The notes beneath the pieces were generated by a model. That model did no database searches, was not told the DNA's origin, and was given only the letters and a program-made list of their open reading frames with translations. Below, piece by piece: positions 1 to 8,491 of a DNA stretch of 35,874 bases; the stretch's first letter is position 1; each line of letters opens with the position of its first letter. The stretch is from a virus. Lineage: Duplodnaviria > Caudoviricetes. The stretch is from the IMG/VR virus record IMGVR_UViG_3300020043_001818, positions 1 through 35,874 of that record. One strand, given 5' to 3'. The position numbers and the translations under genes are program-made.

Positions 1-121
1 CGTCTTGGTTGATAGCTTGGCGCTCACCACCGATAGGTACGAAATTACGCTCTTTGTGTGGGCGCAAGAAGATGTAGTTAGTGTTCAAGAAGAACATGTG
101 GTTAGCTGTACAAGCATTACC
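1..121. repeat. Terminal direct repeat, copy 1 (circular assembly overlap)
   Basis: 1-121 is identical to 35754-35874 and lies inside the capsid ORF, which stays in frame when the ends are joined. Confidence 0.95.
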
Positions 122-919
122 TACACCACCGTCTAACACTACATCAGCAGATGTACCACCACCGTAGAACTTCAATGATGCGAAACCACCAGCAGCTGAT
201 TCTTCGCTAGTAATACGCTGAATAGCTTGTAGTGACTGAACATACAATGAATAGTAGTTGTTGTCTGCAACGATAAGGTCAGCCTTGTCGTTACCACGAA
301 CCAACTGGATAGCCAATGAAGTCATGTACTTTTGGATGTTTGAAGCTGTAATAGCTGCGCCACCGTCAACAGTACCTGAATACTTCTTAGACTGCCAGAA
401 AGACCAGTTTGCACGATTGATACCACCGTATGTGCCAGTAGTAGGGTCATCAGGAATAGCAGCTGCTAGACCAGTGATGTTCTTGCCACCGTTACCTGTA
501 CCGTCACCATAGATGTCGCTACCGATACGGTTAATCAAACGAGCTTCAGAAACTTGCATACGACCATCTAACAAGTCGATGATTGCTTCTTTTGAGCTGT
601 TTTGTAACATTTCAAGACCAGACATAGTCACAGAATCAGCGTACTGAGTAATTGAATACTGAGCAGCAGAAATTGGGCTATCTGGAGAAATGTTTAGAAC
701 TTCGTAACCTGAGTATGAGTTTGCATTGTTCGTATTCGGGTCGTTGTACATGATTTCTTCCAAAATCACATTACCACCAGAGAATGGGCGAACATTGCCC
801 TTAGACTTCAAGCGCTTCAATAGTGCGTTGTTGTTTGTTAAGTTGTCTGCCAATTCACCGCTACGGCTTTGGATTGTAGTAGCGATAATATCGGTAATAG
901 CTGAGTTAGCAAATGCCAT
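1..919 (-). CDS. Major capsid protein, 5' part (continues at 35753..35677; 331 aa in total)
   Basis: Not in the ORF track. ATG at 919 after AAGGA reads MAFANSAITDIIATTIQSRSGELADNLTNNNALL...IYGDGTGNGGKNITGL and is open to base 1. It follows the scaffold gene and has HK97-type capsid size. Confidence 0.9.
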   Translation of the reverse strand, partial: MAFANSAITDIIATTIQSRSGELADNLTNNNALLKRLKSKGNVRPFSGGNVILEEIMYNDPNTNNANSYSGYEVLNISPDSPISAAQYSITQYADSVTMSGLEMLQNSSKEAIIDLLDGRMQVSEARLINRIGSDIYGDGTGNGGKNITGLAAAIPDDPTTGTYGGINRANWSFWQSKKYSGTVDGGAAITASNIQKYMTSLAIQLVRGNDKADLIVADNNYYSLYVQSLQAIQRITSEESAAGGFASLKFYGGGTSADVVLDGGVGNACTANHMFFLNTNYIFLRPHKERNFVPIGGERQAINQD

Positions 920-941
920 GATATTTCCTTAATTTAGTTTA

Positions 942-2000
942 TTAAACACGACTGCCCATTTCGCCCATTTGTTCGGCTAATAAAGACCGTCTATCCTTTT
1001 TGTCTGCCACTCCAGCCTGTGTGTTAGGTGTAACACTCCTAGGACTAACTGCGGCAGCTTTAGCCTTTGCTACTCGTTGTGCTTGAGTTGCTTGGTTTGT
1101 AGCTTGTTGCAAAAGTCTATTTTGCTCAGTCTGCCAAACTTCATCATTCAAACGCACAGCTTTTGCGTAAGCCGTTTCAAGGTCGTTTGCCAAACCATTC
1201 TCAAGTAATTGAGCCATTTGTTCACGCACCGCCTCAAAATGCGGATGTTTGTCCGCATCACTACTAAATCTTTGTATCTCGCTCATAAGAACGCCTTGCT
1301 CTTGCTGCTCTTTCCAGCTGCCAACCTGTTGAACTTGTTGTTGCAACTGTTGAATCTGCTGTTGAAGCGCATAAGCCTGTGGGTCTTGATACTGTGTTGT
1401 ATTTTCACCACTATAAGCCGAGTTTAAATCAATTCCATAATCTTGTGCAAGTTTGTTAAATAATTCAACCTTCTGCTGATAAGGGGCTTGCGACAAAATC
1501 ATGTGCGCTCTACCCAAATTGTTAATCCAAGCAGCTGGATGGATGCCGTTCTTTTGCAATTCTGGTACGAATGGGCTAATAGCTTCAGTCAACGCTCTAG
1601 CATTGTCAGCTTCTGCTTTATAGGCAGATACGCCCTTTTTAAACTCGTTTTCTCGTTGCACATTGTATTGAAGCAATGAACGAGCTTCTTCTTGGTTTAG
1701 GGGTTCGCCTTTATCTAGCTTATCCCATAGCGGTAAATAATCCTTTTTCCATGTAGTTGGTCTGGCAACTGATGGGGTGTATTCTTTTTCTACTGGTTCT
1801 TCTACCATCCCCTCATTCTGCGCTTCAGCTTCAACAGGTTCGGCTTCTTCCTCAGTCGTTTCTTTGCGACTAGCGAATTGTCCTTTTTCGTTGCGTATTG
1901 GGTCATCATCCACCTCAATTTCTCGTTCTACAGGGGCTTCCAAAGTGCCTTCTTCTGCCTGTGACATTGCTTCTTCTAATGCGCTTCTAAAATCTGCCAT
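942..2000 (-). CDS. Capsid scaffolding protein (putative)
   Basis: Acidic N-terminus with RNEKGQF motif, Q-rich coiled coil, immediately upstream of the capsid gene. ATG at 2000 preceded by GGAG. Confidence 0.75.
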   Translation of the reverse strand: MADFRSALEEAMSQAEEGTLEAPVEREIEVDDDPIRNEKGQFASRKETTEEEAEPVEAEAQNEGMVEEPVEKEYTPSVARPTTWKKDYLPLWDKLDKGEPLNQEEARSLLQYNVQRENEFKKGVSAYKAEADNARALTEAISPFVPELQKNGIHPAAWINNLGRAHMILSQAPYQQKVELFNKLAQDYGIDLNSAYSGENTTQYQDPQAYALQQQIQQLQQQVQQVGSWKEQQEQGVLMSEIQRFSSDADKHPHFEAVREQMAQLLENGLANDLETAYAKAVRLNDEVWQTEQNRLLQQATNQATQAQRVAKAKAAAVSPRSVTPNTQAGVADKKDRRSLLAEQMGEMGSRV

Positions 2001-2021
2001 TTTTAACTCCAAGTTGTCGGA

Positions 2022-2402
2022 TTATTTATATCTAAGCTTGTCATACGCTATTTCAGCGATGCGTTGCTTTAGTCTAGGGTCTTGCTTTGGTGCTGCGTTA
2101 CTCATTTTCTCGTTGCCAACCTCAATACAGCCATGCTGCTTAAGGTGATTGCGGTGTTTAGACTTGGAATCAATCCATGAGCCATCAATTTGGCTGATAT
2201 AACCAGAAATGTCTGATTGAATCATTGGCGCTTCACGCTTTGTCATGTTTTGCTTGATTTTCCAAGCTTCTTCAGCTTCTGGAGTGCCAAGTTCATACTT
2301 CCAAAAAGTCAAATACAGCTCTTTGTCAGACATTTGGCTTCGGTCATAGTCCTCAACCTCATGATTGCAGACAACACAGTTATGTTTTACTTTAACTAAC
2401 AT
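2022..2402 (-). CDS. Hypothetical head-module protein
   Basis: 126-aa ORF with CxxC near the N-terminus and an HRNHLKQHGCIEVGNE motif. Its ATG overlaps the upstream TAA. Confidence 0.75.
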   Translation of the reverse strand: MLVKVKHNCVVCNHEVEDYDRSQMSDKELYLTFWKYELGTPEAEEAWKIKQNMTKREAPMIQSDISGYISQIDGSWIDSKSKHRNHLKQHGCIEVGNEKMSNAAPKQDPRLKQRIAEIAYDKLRYK

Positions 2403-3310
2403 TACATCCTCGCTATTAGCTCTGGTATTTTGTGATATTCACTAGGTTTTAAACAAATAACGGAGTCGTACCACTTGGTATTCTTCCATCTCCAACATAC
2501 AAAAGACTCTTGCGGTAGCAAAACAATGGTTTTAACGCCTAAAGCACCAGCTAAATGGGCTGTTCCAGTGTCTACAGTGACAACACCTTTCATGGCCTTC
2601 ATGTGGCTAGCTGTTTTAGACCAATCTTTTTGCCATCCGTCTTGTGGCAATGGGTAAAACATAGCGTTAGTTTCTGGATTTAGTGAATAAGCGTCATTAC
2701 CTACCAATTCGTTCATGTGTTCAGCAGAAATAGACTTAATCCAGTGCAATGTACCCTTAGATGCTGACCAGTTCACGCCTACTTTCTTGGGAATATTGCT
2801 AGGTGTGGCTTCTAAATAACCTTCTGAGCCAACAATCTTCTTGTCGTTGATAGGAAATAGGGCTTTGACATACGGCATTGAGCAATCAATGTAGTACGGC
2901 AGTGACATTGAGCCTACCCAGTAATCACATTCGTGTGCTGGGCCTTCTTCGGTCATATTGGTTAGTTGGTCAATACAGTCAAACTGGCCTAGCAATGGCA
3001 TTAAAGCTGGCACTGTAAGAACTACAACTCTGGCAGCGCCCATGACTTTTAGAGCTGGTAAGAATCTAGCGTATTGAAATATATCGCCAAAGCCTTGCTC
3101 CATTTGCACAACAATAGATTTGCCACTAAGTGATTCACCACGCCATGTTTGTGGCGCAGCTGGTTCTCGTTTATAGGGGATAGTCTGATTAGCTAAGATA
3201 GCTGGATGCCAGCGGTATTCAAAAAGCCTAAAGCCAGCAGCATATCTGCCAGCGTGAAGATGGTCGTAGGCCTTCTTGTACTCTGAGTGTGGGTCTAAAT
3301 TAGTAGTAAT
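2402..3310 (-). CDS. GT-B fold glycosyltransferase (GT9/heptosyltransferase-like) with short TPR-like N-terminus; probable ATT start
   Basis: Motifs WRGESLSGKSIVVQMEQGFGDIFQYARF, KVGVNWS and VVTVDTGTAHLAGALG. The frame is open to a TGA at 3322-3320 with no ATG/GTG/TTG upstream of 3109. Confidence 0.8.
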   Translation of the reverse strand: MTTNLDPHSEYKKAYDHLHAGRYAAGFRLFEYRWHPAILANQTIPYKREPAAPQTWRGESLSGKSIVVQMEQGFGDIFQYARFLPALKVMGAARVVVLTVPALMPLLGQFDCIDQLTNMTEEGPAHECDYWVGSMSLPYYIDCSMPYVKALFPINDKKIVGSEGYLEATPSNIPKKVGVNWSASKGTLHWIKSISAEHMNELVGNDAYSLNPETNAMFYPLPQDGWQKDWSKTASHMKAMKGVVTVDTGTAHLAGALGVKTIVLLPQESFVCWRWKNTKWYDSVICLKPSEYHKIPELIARM

Positions 3311-3819
3311 AATGCTTCCTCATCATCTCGTTCAGCTGCCAACTGAGCTTCGTGAATCGCTAACATGGCTTGTGCCTGTGCTATCTGATTCCTTAACTCA
3401 ACCGTTTTCAGCAATTGTTCTTGCTGTCGTTGAAGATTGATGACTGTCGCATTGAGTTTCTTAAGGTCAATTGACGGTTTATCAATCTTAACTTCTGAAA
3501 CAGATTCTACTTTAGTTTGTTTAACTTGTGTAGGGTCAACAAGGTCTTTAATGAGCTGTTTTCTAGCAACTCGTTTATCTAGTCTAGCTTGGATTCTATC
3601 GGCTTCAGCTTGGGCTAGTTTTCTTTGTAACTTTTTGAGTCGTTTGACTTCGTCTGGTCTAAAGCCGTCATGTGTATCGACTTCAACTTCACCACCACCA
3701 GAAACTGAACCAACCCAGTCGCAGCTGTCGTTTTGGTCAACTACATAAATAGCACCAGTTACTGGGTCTACTTGAAACCCAGAGTTCTGAAACGCATTAG
3801 ACTGAAAAGCCGTTGTCAT
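3295..3819 (-). CDS. Hypothetical coiled-coil head-module protein
   Basis: 174 aa, AFQSNAFQ N-terminus, coiled coil, ends DDEEALLLLI. Coupled to the upstream stop. Confidence 0.8.
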   Translation of the reverse strand: MTTAFQSNAFQNSGFQVDPVTGAIYVVDQNDSCDWVGSVSGGGEVEVDTHDGFRPDEVKRLKKLQRKLAQAEADRIQARLDKRVARKQLIKDLVDPTQVKQTKVESVSEVKIDKPSIDLKKLNATVINLQRQQEQLLKTVELRNQIAQAQAMLAIHEAQLAAERDDEEALLLLI

Positions 3820-5825
3820 TAGACGATTACCCAGTTATTACCAGATGGGACTGTTACGGTTACACCGCTAGCAATAGATACTGGCCCAGCGCTCATAGCG
3901 TTTGAACCGCTAGGGATTGAATAGCTAGCAGAGATTGTTGCGCTGTTGACATGGATACCGTTAGAAGCATTAACCTGTGGAGCAGATAAAGTCTTGACTG
4001 ACTCATCATAAGTAAAGTCTGCGCTTTGGTCAGGGGTTGTTGTGCCTTGGCCATACGGTACATAGGTGCTTGTATAAGTAAATGGAACATCAGGCGCTGT
4101 ATTTGTCACCGTAAAGTTTGGATAAGTTCCAGATACACTAATACCAGTACCAGCACTGATAGCAACTGTCTGGTCTGGCGCTGTGTTTGTAACTGTGAAA
4201 TTAGGATATGTTCCGCTAGTGCTAATACCTGTTCCAGCGTTTAAAACAACTGTTTGGTCAGGTGCAGTATTGGTTACTGTGATGCTGCCAGAAGTTGTAA
4301 TTGGGCCACCAGATACAGAAATACCTGTCCCAGCTGACAAATCAACGCTAGTGACTGTGCCATCGTACTGGTCATCACTAGAAACTGTAAAGTTAGGATA
4401 AGTTCCTGTAACTGTTGTAGTTCCACCACCGCTAATGCTTACTACTTGGTCAGGAGCTGTATTTGTAACAGTAAAGTTAGGATAAGTACCGCTAGTGCTG
4501 ATGCCTGTGCTACCTGAAATGCTAACGGTTTGGTCAGGTGCGGTGTTTGTAACAACAACTGTGTCATTACCTTGAGATACTGAAATACCTGTGCTACCTG
4601 TAACCCTAGTTTGGAATGAAACACGAATGACCAATACGCCTGAGCCACCTGAGCCAGAGTTTGCTACCGCAGCAACAACCACTACTGGGCCACTTGTTGG
4701 GTATGTTTTAGTCAATCCACCAGTTACAGCAGAATTGTAATAAAGAACATCGCCATCCAAGAAGGCAGAAGTATCAACGCCTCTTAATGAGCCTGTGTTT
4801 TGGATTAAACCAAATCCATTTAAAGCAATATCTTCGGCAGCTACACCAATAATTGCTTCAGCATAAGGAATGGCTGTAGATGGTGCAGCCGTTACAACAC
4901 CGCTTGAACCTACAGCGCCAGTAAACATACATAACTGGCCTTTTGTAATAGCAGAGCTAGCTTTTACATAAAAATAAGTATCTTCGCCAATCTTTTGAAT
5001 AACATTGCCACCAGACATCCCCAAGCCAAGAGTATTGTTACCATCCCACCCTAATTGGCCAGCTCCCAGAGTTGTTGCATAAGTAGTGTCAAAGTCTAAG
5101 TAATCTAGGTCTGTAATGGTCGTTGCACCAGCAATCGCACCTGTATCACTAACCGTCACAACTGAGTTCTGAATCAGCTTGCCAGTTGTGCTGTCGTATC
5201 TAGCAATAGCGTTATCTGTAGCAGAAGCTGGGCCAACTACATCACCACCCAAAGATGGGCTAGAGTTAGTAATTACGCCAGTTGTGTTGTCATAACTGAT
5301 GCCTGTACCAGCGCTTAATGATTGTCTTGCTCTAGCTTGCGTAAAGTATTCGTTTGTGCCTTCAGCCACATTGGTTGTTGTAAGAACAACTGTGCCTGTA
5401 AAGCCGTTGACGCTAGTAACTGCGTCTGTGTTGTCTACCTTTTGCCATGCTGTGCCATTGAAGATAATCCAATCGCCTACATTCCAAGTAGTAATTCCAT
5501 CAATATCAGTAGAGCCAGCAACTGAAACTACATAGTAGTAACCTTTTGTACCAGTTCCGCTTGTAATTGTTGGGCTGTTTGTTGTTGCGTTCCAAGTTCC
5601 CTGATAGCTTACGCCACCTTGCAATGATGCTGGAATCTGGCTAAGTGGTACTGTACCGCCAGCGTCTAGAGTTGCTACACCGTTAGCCGAACCAGCGTTT
5701 AGTTCAGCAGCTGTGCCAAATCCTGTAAGAGTGTGGTCAGCGTTCCAATCAGAAGGTCTAACCAAGCTTGTATCAGCCGTATCAGGTACGGTACTAACTT
5801 TATTGTGTTTGACTAATATGGCCAT
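3819..5825 (-). CDS. Large Gly/Ser/Thr-rich fibre-like virion protein
   Basis: 668 aa, beta-rich composition, YQGTWNA...WQKVDNT segment, internal tandem repeats, located between portal and scaffold. Confidence 0.75.
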   Translation of the reverse strand: MAILVKHNKVSTVPDTADTSLVRPSDWNADHTLTGFGTAAELNAGSANGVATLDAGGTVPLSQIPASLQGGVSYQGTWNATTNSPTITSGTGTKGYYYVVSVAGSTDIDGITTWNVGDWIIFNGTAWQKVDNTDAVTSVNGFTGTVVLTTTNVAEGTNEYFTQARARQSLSAGTGISYDNTTGVITNSSPSLGGDVVGPASATDNAIARYDSTTGKLIQNSVVTVSDTGAIAGATTITDLDYLDFDTTYATTLGAGQLGWDGNNTLGLGMSGGNVIQKIGEDTYFYVKASSAITKGQLCMFTGAVGSSGVVTAAPSTAIPYAEAIIGVAAEDIALNGFGLIQNTGSLRGVDTSAFLDGDVLYYNSAVTGGLTKTYPTSGPVVVVAAVANSGSGGSGVLVIRVSFQTRVTGSTGISVSQGNDTVVVTNTAPDQTVSISGSTGISTSGTYPNFTVTNTAPDQVVSISGGGTTTVTGTYPNFTVSSDDQYDGTVTSVDLSAGTGISVSGGPITTSGSITVTNTAPDQTVVLNAGTGISTSGTYPNFTVTNTAPDQTVAISAGTGISVSGTYPNFTVTNTAPDVPFTYTSTYVPYGQGTTTPDQSADFTYDESVKTLSAPQVNASNGIHVNSATISASYSIPSGSNAMSAGPVSIASGVTVTVPSGNNWVIV
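4089..4550 (-). repeat. Intragenic ~28-aa repeats (TNTAPDQ...GTYPNFTV)
   Basis: Five TNTAPD and four GTYPNF copies in the 668-aa protein, diverged at synonymous positions. Confidence 0.9.
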
Positions 5826-6226
5826 TATTGATTGTTCCTAATGATAGTACCGCCAGTGATGTCGACTGTTTGCGTTATGTTGATTGTAGTCGTGTTTAGG
5901 TTCAAATCTGCGCCTGTTGTGCCTACTGAGCCATCCATAACGACTGTTGTGTTATCTGATTTAAAGACTCTAAAGAATTGTGCTGTTCCAGTTGCTACGG
6001 CTGTGCCACTTGTAACTGTGCCAAGGGTCAATGTGCCGTCTGTATCTGTACCAAAAGCACCAGCAATAGTGCAAGTCACTAACAAAGTCTGAGTTGTAAT
6101 GCCTGTGTTGGCGTTAGCTGGGGCAGTGCCTTGGTATAGGCAAATCTTAGCCCCAGTGCCAGCATAAGTAATCAAACCCTCATTCTGTGCGTGACGAGTG
6201 CCGTTGGAATACTTTAGGGCTGTCAT
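5825..6226 (-). CDS. Putative virion structural protein (Thr/Gly-rich)
   Basis: 133 aa, coupled to the portal stop, GTAQFFR...MDGSVG...DLNL pattern. Confidence 0.7.
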   Translation of the reverse strand: MTALKYSNGTRHAQNEGLITYAGTGAKICLYQGTAPANANTGITTQTLLVTCTIAGAFGTDTDGTLTLGTVTSGTAVATGTAQFFRVFKSDNTTVVMDGSVGTTGADLNLNTTTINITQTVDITGGTIIRNNQ

Positions 6227-8490
6227 TATTGAACTCCAATAATCTTACCGTCTGCTCCACGAATGACTTGTTTAGGTCTATTACTGTTTTGGTTAATGTT
6301 TTCAGCTAACTGTGCAATCATCTCGGCAGTCTGTTGATTGCCTTGTTGAATAGCATTAGCGATAGGCGCTAGCGGATGTTCCATAGCTTTTGCCATATCT
6401 TCATCTAAATCATAAGCTTGTGGTAATCCTTCACCACCGTTTACGCCAGCAGAGATTTGAGCTACCTCAACTTTTGCACCGTTATTCACATAAGCTAACA
6501 ACAACTGAGTGTTGCGCTCAGTCATCATCTTCATTTGTGCCATCTTCATTTCCATCTCACGCTCTGCTGCATCTCTTTGCATTTCCATCTGCATACGGAC
6601 TTGAGTTTCTTGAGATTGGTACTCTTGTTTAGCTCGTTCCATCTCCATATTGGCCTGAACTCTAGCTTGTTCCATCTGCAATTGAGATTGAAGCTTTTGT
6701 TGCTCCAACTGGGCTTGCATTTGCATCTTCTGGACTTCTGGAGTCGGTGGTTTTGGCTGACCTTCAGCTGCTTTGGCTTGTTCTCTGAACTTGTCAGCTG
6801 TTTCGTCAATGATGCCTTCCAATTGTTTACCAGCTTTAAACGCTGTTACGGCAAACTTAAGCATTTCCATAAGCATTGGCGTTGTTTCTGGTACAGCATT
6901 AGCCATTGGTACAGCTTGTTGGAAGAATTGACCCATAGCTTGCAAGAAAGCCATGCGGTCAGACTTTTCTTGCTGCTCATCTTGGTAAATCATTGAATCG
7001 CTAGTTACTTCAATACGGAAGTTCTTAGCTGATTCTGACTTTAATAGCTGTAATGCTGGGCCAACATACTGTTTGTCTTGGTCTGATAGCTGGTCAGCAC
7101 CTGAAATCTTAACAATCGTGTCTTCAGAAAAGTGATTGCAGATAATCTGGGCTTTAATACATAACAAAGCTGTCGCAAAGTTGACAACATTGTGTTGCAT
7201 TGTCTTAAGACGACCAGCTGCGTTGTTACTCTTGATGATTTGAGCGCCAAGCGTTTCATTAGGGTCTGTTTGACCACGCTGAATGTCGGCAATACCCATG
7301 ATTTCATAGATTTGACCCTTAACTTGCTCCATAGCTTGGTAGCAAGACATCAATGCGTTAGCAAATGGGGCAATATCCACTAAGTCGATAGCACCTTTCA
7401 TGCCTTGCTTCTCAGCAAAAGCCATCCAGTTGTGTACTGGAATCAAGGTGTTGTTCTCGCCTTCAGAGAATAAGCGCTGTAATTCGCTAGAAGATGCGTC
7501 ATAAACACCACGAACCTTCAATGCGTTGATTAGGCCATCAATACGGTCTGCCAATGTGTCAAGCTCACGAGCTTGGTCTTGGTACATCGTAAAGTCAGGG
7601 ATTGGTTCAAGGTTCTCAGTTGTAATATTTGAGAACAATGGCTTTGGACATGGCCAGAAGTTTTCCAACTGCAATGGGTCTGGGCGCTCATCTAGAATTT
7701 CACCTAGTGATTTGCTAATCCAAAGTGCTGTACCTGTTTCTTTATCCCAAATCTCATAGATAACGGCTTGCATAGCCATATCTTGTTGTTGAGCATAAGT
7801 CTTAGAGTCGTGTGGTGTTGAATCTAATGGGATTTTGTAGCCAAGTTCTTCACCAAAACGCTCAACTAGAGCATCTCGGTTCATGTAAACCTTGCGCCAT
7901 ACGGCTGTTACTTCTTCCCATGTTCTGCCAACTGTGTGGCCAAAGTCTTTCCAGTGAACATAGTCAATAGGAGCGCACTCATACTCAATGCGTTCTTGGC
8001 TTTCGTTCTCTAGACCTTCTTGTGATTCGTCAGCTTCGTCAATGTCTTCTGTGATTTGTACGCCATCTTCTGGGGCGTTCTTTTCATCAGCAACAATATG
8101 CGGTTCATAACGAACCCAGCAAGTACCACGACCACCAATCATGCGGTCAAATACTGCCGCATCCATAGCGGACTTGTAATCTGTGTAATGTTCTAGCTCA
8201 TACTCAAGCGCTCTTTCAAGCATCATAGACGCAACACGACCAACTGGGTCGTTATCTCTGAATCTGCGGCTTACATCTGGTCTTGGTAGTCGTGCAAAGA
8301 TAGCTGGAATAACTGTCTGCACATTGCTAAATAGGATATTGAATCTAGCGTTAGGGTTGTTTTGCGTTCTGGAATCATCTCGATACCGTTTGAGAATCTT
8401 GTCAGCTCGGCCTTCCCACTTTTTGTAGGTGCGCTCATAAGAACCAATGGTGTTGTACCACTTCTCATAACTATGTTTCGAATTTTCCAT
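6226..8490 (-). CDS. Portal protein
   Basis: 754 aa directly after terL, with a long Q/M-rich C-terminal coiled coil as in P22-type portals. Confidence 0.85.
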   Translation of the reverse strand: MENSKHSYEKWYNTIGSYERTYKKWEGRADKILKRYRDDSRTQNNPNARFNILFSNVQTVIPAIFARLPRPDVSRRFRDNDPVGRVASMMLERALEYELEHYTDYKSAMDAAVFDRMIGGRGTCWVRYEPHIVADEKNAPEDGVQITEDIDEADESQEGLENESQERIEYECAPIDYVHWKDFGHTVGRTWEEVTAVWRKVYMNRDALVERFGEELGYKIPLDSTPHDSKTYAQQQDMAMQAVIYEIWDKETGTALWISKSLGEILDERPDPLQLENFWPCPKPLFSNITTENLEPIPDFTMYQDQARELDTLADRIDGLINALKVRGVYDASSSELQRLFSEGENNTLIPVHNWMAFAEKQGMKGAIDLVDIAPFANALMSCYQAMEQVKGQIYEIMGIADIQRGQTDPNETLGAQIIKSNNAAGRLKTMQHNVVNFATALLCIKAQIICNHFSEDTIVKISGADQLSDQDKQYVGPALQLLKSESAKNFRIEVTSDSMIYQDEQQEKSDRMAFLQAMGQFFQQAVPMANAVPETTPMLMEMLKFAVTAFKAGKQLEGIIDETADKFREQAKAAEGQPKPPTPEVQKMQMQAQLEQQKLQSQLQMEQARVQANMEMERAKQEYQSQETQVRMQMEMQRDAAEREMEMKMAQMKMMTERNTQLLLAYVNNGAKVEVAQISAGVNGGEGLPQAYDLDEDMAKAMEHPLAPIANAIQQGNQQTAEMIAQLAENINQNSNRPKQVIRGADGKIIGVQ

Positions 8491-8491
8491 G

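Noticed and set aside
3295-3297. Stop-codon reassignment as an explanation for the glycosyltransferase start problem
   Set aside because: TAA, TAG and TGA all end genes at tight gene junctions elsewhere, core genes are intact in the standard code, and there is no suppressor tRNA
4089-4550. Repeats as a CRISPR array or DGR template/variable repeats
   Set aside because: They are in-frame protein repeats diverged at synonymous sites, with no spacers, no adenine-specific pattern and no reverse transcriptase in the genome
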